Below are positions 59,848 to 64,000 of a DNA stretch of 64,000 nt, in pieces. How positions within the stretch are numbered: the first letter of the stretch is position 1; every line of letters begins with the position of its first letter. Under the pieces are notes generated by a model, which ran no database searches, had not been told where the DNA came from, and was given only the letters and a program-made list of their open reading frames with translations. The position numbers were made by a program, and so were the translations under genes. The stretch spans positions 928,001 to 992,000 of the forward strand of contig OZ241981.1 in assembly GCA_965204345.1 (NCBI GenBank), in the 5' to 3' direction. The stretch is from Nitrosopumilus sp. GTDB lineage: Archaea > Thermoproteota > Nitrososphaeria > Nitrososphaerales > Nitrosopumilaceae.

Positions 59848-60373
59848 AGAATTTTTTTAAGGCCTTGTATCTGTGGGAAAGCTCATTTTTGTTGGTAATT
59901 TCTGCAAATGTTTTCTTTGAGTTACCTGGAATGAAGATTGGATCATACCCCCAGCCTTCTCCCTTCTGTGATCTGGCTATGCTCCCATGCAGCCTGCCTT
60001 CAAAGGACTCTAGGACGGCTCCATCACAATAAGTAATGATGGAGACAAACTTTGCCTTTCTATTTTTTTTTACAAGGTGCAGTATCCCGTCATTTCCAAT
60101 GGTCTTAAAGACGTATGATGAATACGGACCTGGAAAACCTGCAATCGCATCAATGAATAATCCGTCATCTTCAATGATGATGGGTTTCTTGAATTTAGAA
60201 AATGCATCTCTTGCCTTTCTCATTGCTATATCATAAAGGGAACCTGATTGAATTTCCTCCAAGCTGGATTTTAAAAAGCCAAGACTTATTCCAAGGGAAT
60301 CCAAAATGCCCCTAGCCTCACGATACTTGTGATTGTTTGAGGATACAAAAAACAGATCAAACGACTTGTGCAT
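59819..60373 (-). CDS. rdgB: RdgB/HAM1 non-canonical purine NTP pyrophosphatase
   Basis: SNNHK, EDDGL, GFPGPYS, GWGYDPIF and SHRYKA motifs. Confidence 0.93.
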   Translation of the reverse strand: MHKSFDLFFVSSNNHKYREARGILDSLGISLGFLKSSLEEIQSGSLYDIAMRKARDAFSKFKKPIIIEDDGLFIDAIAGFPGPYSSYVFKTIGNDGILHLVKKNRKAKFVSIITYCDGAVLESFEGRLHGSIARSQKGEGWGYDPIFIPGNSKKTFAEITNKNELSHRYKALKKFSKWYLHKQK

Positions 60374-60992
60374 ATCTGCCTCGGCTCTCTATATCTGAGA
60401 CTAGCTTGGTAATTTTGGCACAGTATCTGCTGCCAACAACGGACTTGTAGCCGCCAAGAAAGCTTTTCCAAGCAGAAATCATGATTCTTGCATGAGCACT
60501 ATTGAGAATTTCTTTTATCAGCCTCAAATCAACTGCGTGATCTTCAGGTTTTACTGAAACTTGGGAAAGGCCAAAATCAATGACATAAATTCTGTTTTGG
60601 GACAAAATAAAGTTCGAAGTGGTCAGATCACCATGCATGACTCCATTCTTGTGTAATGTGCCCACCAATCTTCCAATGTCCCTTGAGAACCCAATGATCT
60701 TTGATTCAGACAAGTCATGTACGGGGGTTCCGGGAATTTCTTGCATCATAATGGATGTGTCTTTCAAATTTACAAAATAAACAAGCGGGGCAGGAACCCC
60801 ATACGACTTTACAAGGGACAGCATCTGCGATTCCCTGATTGTTCTCTGCTTGCGAATTTTTGAGTCCAGTAAAGAATTTCTATACTTTTTGACTTTTCTG
60901 ATTTTTAATATTGCCTTGGAGTTTTGCCAACGGGTTTGGTATAGGTCCGCCTCGGCTCCTTTTTTGATTAGTTTCACTAACATTATATCCAA
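60357..60992 (-). CDS. bud32: KEOPS kinase Bud32
   Basis: KGAEA, HGDLTTSN and IDFGL motifs. The true start may be a few codons downstream. Confidence 0.93.
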   Translation of the reverse strand: MDIMLVKLIKKGAEADLYQTRWQNSKAILKIRKVKKYRNSLLDSKIRKQRTIRESQMLSLVKSYGVPAPLVYFVNLKDTSIMMQEIPGTPVHDLSESKIIGFSRDIGRLVGTLHKNGVMHGDLTTSNFILSQNRIYVIDFGLSQVSVKPEDHAVDLRLIKEILNSAHARIMISAWKSFLGGYKSVVGSRYCAKITKLVSDIESRGRYAQVV

Positions 60993-61014
60993 AAGAATTC
61001 AATAAAAATTAACC

Positions 61015-61347
61015 ATGGATAAAGGAGAAAAGAGAATCAAGCAGGAGGACTGTAGTGAGGACAAGCTGGGAGCAGGGATTCTGACACTGACAAGTAACAG
61101 ATTGGCATTTGATAAGACCAATGCAAGGATAATGGATTTTTCAAAACGTTTTGGAGATACGGTGCTAGATGTTTCGCTAGACCAGGTAACCAAAACATGG
61201 AAGGAGGGATTACTGATCAAAAAGGTATGCTTTATTGCAAAGATAAATGAGAAGGAGGAGGAACAGACCTTCAAGTTTGGAGTTTTTAATACCAAAAGCT
61301 GGCTTGGGGCAATTGATCAGGCCATTGCTAAAAGCAAGGATCAGTAA
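61015..61347 (+). CDS. Hypothetical protein, PH/GRAM-like fold
   Basis: GILTLTSNRLAF...W..AI pattern. Confidence 0.6.
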   Translation: MDKGEKRIKQEDCSEDKLGAGILTLTSNRLAFDKTNARIMDFSKRFGDTVLDVSLDQVTKTWKEGLLIKKVCFIAKINEKEEEQTFKFGVFNTKSWLGAIDQAIAKSKDQ

Positions 61348-62336
61348 CGTACCTTGACAGAGTCTAGTCTCCAAGACTGGGTAACAAATGTGTCTTTTAA
61401 TGAAGCGCCCTGCTTGACTTGTGATTCTAGCAGGCCAGTCCAGCATATTTGGCTGCCACAGTCTCCTGCGTACTTTAAGGGAACCACAAAAAATTTGCAG
61501 CCGTGCCTTTTGCATACGTCTTTGAGCATTTCAGCTAGTCGCCTGTTGGCTGCAACACCCCCAACAATCATCAATTCCTTTTTTTGGGTAAACGAGAGGG
61601 CACGCTCGACGGCCTCGCTAATCATTGCAAATGCAGTCTCCTGAAGTGAGTAGCATGCATCCTCCTTGTTTTTCATTGCAGCGGATTTTGTTGCAGATAA
61701 CAATCCAGAAAAAGACACATCGTTTCCCTTAACAGAGTAAGGCAGAGACACGTAATTTGAAGAGGAATTTGCCAACTCTTCTATGTTCTTCCCACAGGGA
61801 GAGGCATATCCAATTGATCTTCCAAACTGATCAAGCAGCTGGCCCAGGGTAATATCGAGCGTTTCGCCAAAGACCCTCCACTGCCTGTTTAGAAATGCCA
61901 AAAGCATGGTATGCCCTCCAGATACCAAGAGTACCAGGGGATTGGTTGCCCCAGTCAGTAATTTTCCCAACTCAATATGTCCAATTGCATGATTGACAGG
62001 ATAGATGGGAATTTTATAAAACGATGACAGGGATCTTGCAACCACGGCGCCTACACGTAAACAGGGACCCAGACCTGGACCTGCAGCATATGCGATAATA
62101 TCCAAATCAGCGACAGATACGCCTGCCTCTGTAAGGCAGTCAGATAAGACCTGGGGACTATATTCAATGTGGTGACGAGATGCCTCACGGGGATGTATTC
62201 CCTGGCCATCCTCTGGGCGGTAAATTCTTCTGATGTCTGAGAGAATTTTGCCTTTTTTTCCGTTTTTTTTATCAATAATTGCACATGAGAACGTATGGGC
62301 TGTGCTTTCAATTCCAAGGCCCAACATGTCATCCAC
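61341..62336 (-). CDS. kae1: KEOPS t6A synthase Kae1
   Basis: GIESTAHT, GPGLGPCL, VNHAIGHIE and VSGGHT motifs. Confidence 0.95.
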   Translation of the reverse strand: MDDMLGLGIESTAHTFSCAIIDKKNGKKGKILSDIRRIYRPEDGQGIHPREASRHHIEYSPQVLSDCLTEAGVSVADLDIIAYAAGPGLGPCLRVGAVVARSLSSFYKIPIYPVNHAIGHIELGKLLTGATNPLVLLVSGGHTMLLAFLNRQWRVFGETLDITLGQLLDQFGRSIGYASPCGKNIEELANSSSNYVSLPYSVKGNDVSFSGLLSATKSAAMKNKEDACYSLQETAFAMISEAVERALSFTQKKELMIVGGVAANRRLAEMLKDVCKRHGCKFFVVPLKYAGDCGSQICWTGLLESQVKQGASLKDTFVTQSWRLDSVKVRY

Positions 62337-63516
62337 GACTCAGAGTAGAGATAATTTTGATGACATCGCCGTTGCTTAACTTTTGATCACCGCCAATCCT
62401 TTGTTTTGTCTTGCAATCAATAGCATGTAAGAATCCCTTTGCAATGTCTGCATGAATCAGACTTGCCAGATCCTTGGCAGTGGAATCCTGCGGGACCAGC
62501 TTTGCATCAGGGAGGATAACGCCATCCTTGTTTGTTAGTTTTGTCTCATCCTCTACAGGATAGACTGCAATGAATTTCAGCGAATCAAATACGGCAGTGT
62601 TTAAAATTTTTTGAATGCCAGTGGAGGGAATCTTTGAGAAGACTGATTTTACCAAGTCAAGGGCCTTTTGTTGGGGCAAGGGAATTTCTTTTCCCTCAAC
62701 TAACGCAAAACCCCCATCACCGGAGGAGTAATTTACAATGCCTGCCTTTGATGCCTTGCGTAAAAGCAGCTCAGTCTCGGCACTGCATGGAATAACATTA
62801 TCTGAAATTTTTTTAACAATATCAAGATCCTGGCAGAGATCGGCCTTGTTTGCTGCAATGACCATAGGCTTTGTATCTTTTCTTAGCTCTTTGACAAAGG
62901 TTTCAATGTCATCATCGCTCCATTCTTTTGGGTTTTTGGTCATAAATCCCAACTTTTGAAGAACTTTCTGGACTTGGAAATCTTTGATTCCCAACCCGGA
63001 GAATCTTTTTGCAATGCCGTCAGTAAGCTTGGCTCGCTTTTGATCTATCTCGCGAGTTACCTTGTCCCATTCTCTCTTCAAGATATCTGCAAACCATTGA
63101 TCAAACTCGTTTTGTACAAAGGCAATATCCTCCAGTGGATTATGGGTGCCAATAGATACTGGCTGCCCTTGGATGTCAGTTGTTCCGGCAATATCGACAA
63201 CATGGATTAAAACCTCGGCCTGTCTTGCATCATCAAGAAACTGATTTCCCAGTCCCTTTCCCTGATGGGCACCGGGAACTAGCCCTGCAACATCAATTAT
63301 CTTAACTGGAATGAGCCTGGTCCCATCTACACATAGTTCGTTTTGGTGTTTGATTTTAAAGAATTTGCAGGCACAGTCTGCTTTGAGATGGGCTACTCCA
63401 ATGTTTGGCTCAATTGTAGTAAACGGAAAGTTTCCTGTAGTCACCAGAGTTTCAGTTGCAGCAGAGAAGAATGTGGACTTTCCGACATTTGCTTTTCCTA
63501 ACAATCCAATTTGCAA
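62329..63516 (-). CDS. ychF: YchF/OBG-family ATPase/GTPase
   Basis: GKANVGKS, FPFTTIEPN, DVAGLVPGA and NKAD motifs plus a TGS domain. Start approximate. Confidence 0.9.
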   Translation of the reverse strand: MQIGLLGKANVGKSTFFSAATETLVTTGNFPFTTIEPNIGVAHLKADCACKFFKIKHQNELCVDGTRLIPVKIIDVAGLVPGAHQGKGLGNQFLDDARQAEVLIHVVDIAGTTDIQGQPVSIGTHNPLEDIAFVQNEFDQWFADILKREWDKVTREIDQKRAKLTDGIAKRFSGLGIKDFQVQKVLQKLGFMTKNPKEWSDDDIETFVKELRKDTKPMVIAANKADLCQDLDIVKKISDNVIPCSAETELLLRKASKAGIVNYSSGDGGFALVEGKEIPLPQQKALDLVKSVFSKIPSTGIQKILNTAVFDSLKFIAVYPVEDETKLTNKDGVILPDAKLVPQDSTAKDLASLIHADIAKGFLHAIDCKTKQRIGGDQKLSNGDVIKIISTLSRG

Positions 63517-63589
63517 TAATGTAAAAAATCCAATTCTACTTATTAGTATTGCAGAAATCATTTAATCTGCAGGATTGTGAGTTCAGTAC

Positions 63590-64000
63590 ATGTCAATTGT
63601 AATTACGGGCAGTCCGGGGGTTGGAAAGCACACCATAGCACACAAGATCGCCGAGAAGCTAAGGCTTCAGATCTTAGATATCAATGCAGTTGCAAGGGAT
63701 TCAGGATTATTTGAAGAAGATCAGGAGGATGATACAAGCGACGTAGATGTTAAGCAGCTAAAAGAGATCTTAAGACAGAGGATTTCAACGAAAAGTACAG
63801 TAGTTGTGGGCCACCTGGCCCCATATGTTCTAGAAAAGGACCAAGTGAAGACTGTGATAGTGCTTAGAAGGAGTCCCTATGACTTGGTTTTAGTTTATCA
63901 AGGGAGAAAATATTCTCAAAGTAAAATCAAAGAGAATGCGGCAAGTGAAATTTTAGGAATCATTGCACATGATGCAATTGCCAAATTTCAGGAGAAGGTA
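63590..64000 (+). CDS. AK6/Fap7-type nucleotide kinase (3' end outside window)
   Basis: MSIVITGSPGVGKHT..., VVGHL, and RKYSQSKIKENAASEI. Confidence 0.85.
   Translation, partial: MSIVITGSPGVGKHTIAHKIAEKLRLQILDINAVARDSGLFEEDQEDDTSDVDVKQLKEILRQRISTKSTVVVGHLAPYVLEKDQVKTVIVLRRSPYDLVLVYQGRKYSQSKIKENAASEILGIIAHDAIAKFQEKV

Noticed and set aside
58819-63516. tRNA-modification cluster (taw1, rdgB, bud32, kae1, ychF) as a novel system
   Set aside because: It is a conserved archaeal housekeeping neighbourhood.
18-63565. Many antisense or alternate-frame ORFs nested in housekeeping genes (e.g. 18-527, 9093-9575, 13827-14369, 15599-16192, 37715-38188)
   Set aside because: They are shadow ORFs of well-supported genes with no independent motifs.

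Overview
This is a chromosomal window from an ammonia-oxidising archaeon (Nitrososphaerota/Thaumarchaeota, most likely Nitrosopumilaceae). It contains the amoA-amoX-amoC/amoB cluster with probable amoY/amoZ next to rps15. Housekeeping genes include purB, valS, pdxST, aconitase, pheST, trpS, serS, tbp, P-II, KEOPS subunits and TYW1. There are five tRNA genes, two of them with two introns each. Features outside the ORF track: (i) a two-hairpin H/ACA-like RNA at about 13.03-13.20 kb, (ii) an AT-rich, partly decayed defence-like island at about 22.7-27.8 kb with an intact SAMHD1-like HD dNTPase plus a Panacea/YwgA-like partner and pseudogenes of a transposase, a restriction nuclease and a PIN nuclease, (iii) a small relic element bounded by a duplicated tRNA-Thr 3' half, (iv) HNH and transposase remnants inserted between amoX and amoC, (v) three tandem thrombospondin type 3 repeat genes with nucleotide-level homogenisation, and (vi) several unannotated small ORFs. 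All calls come from manual reading and recalled family motifs; no database searches were run.
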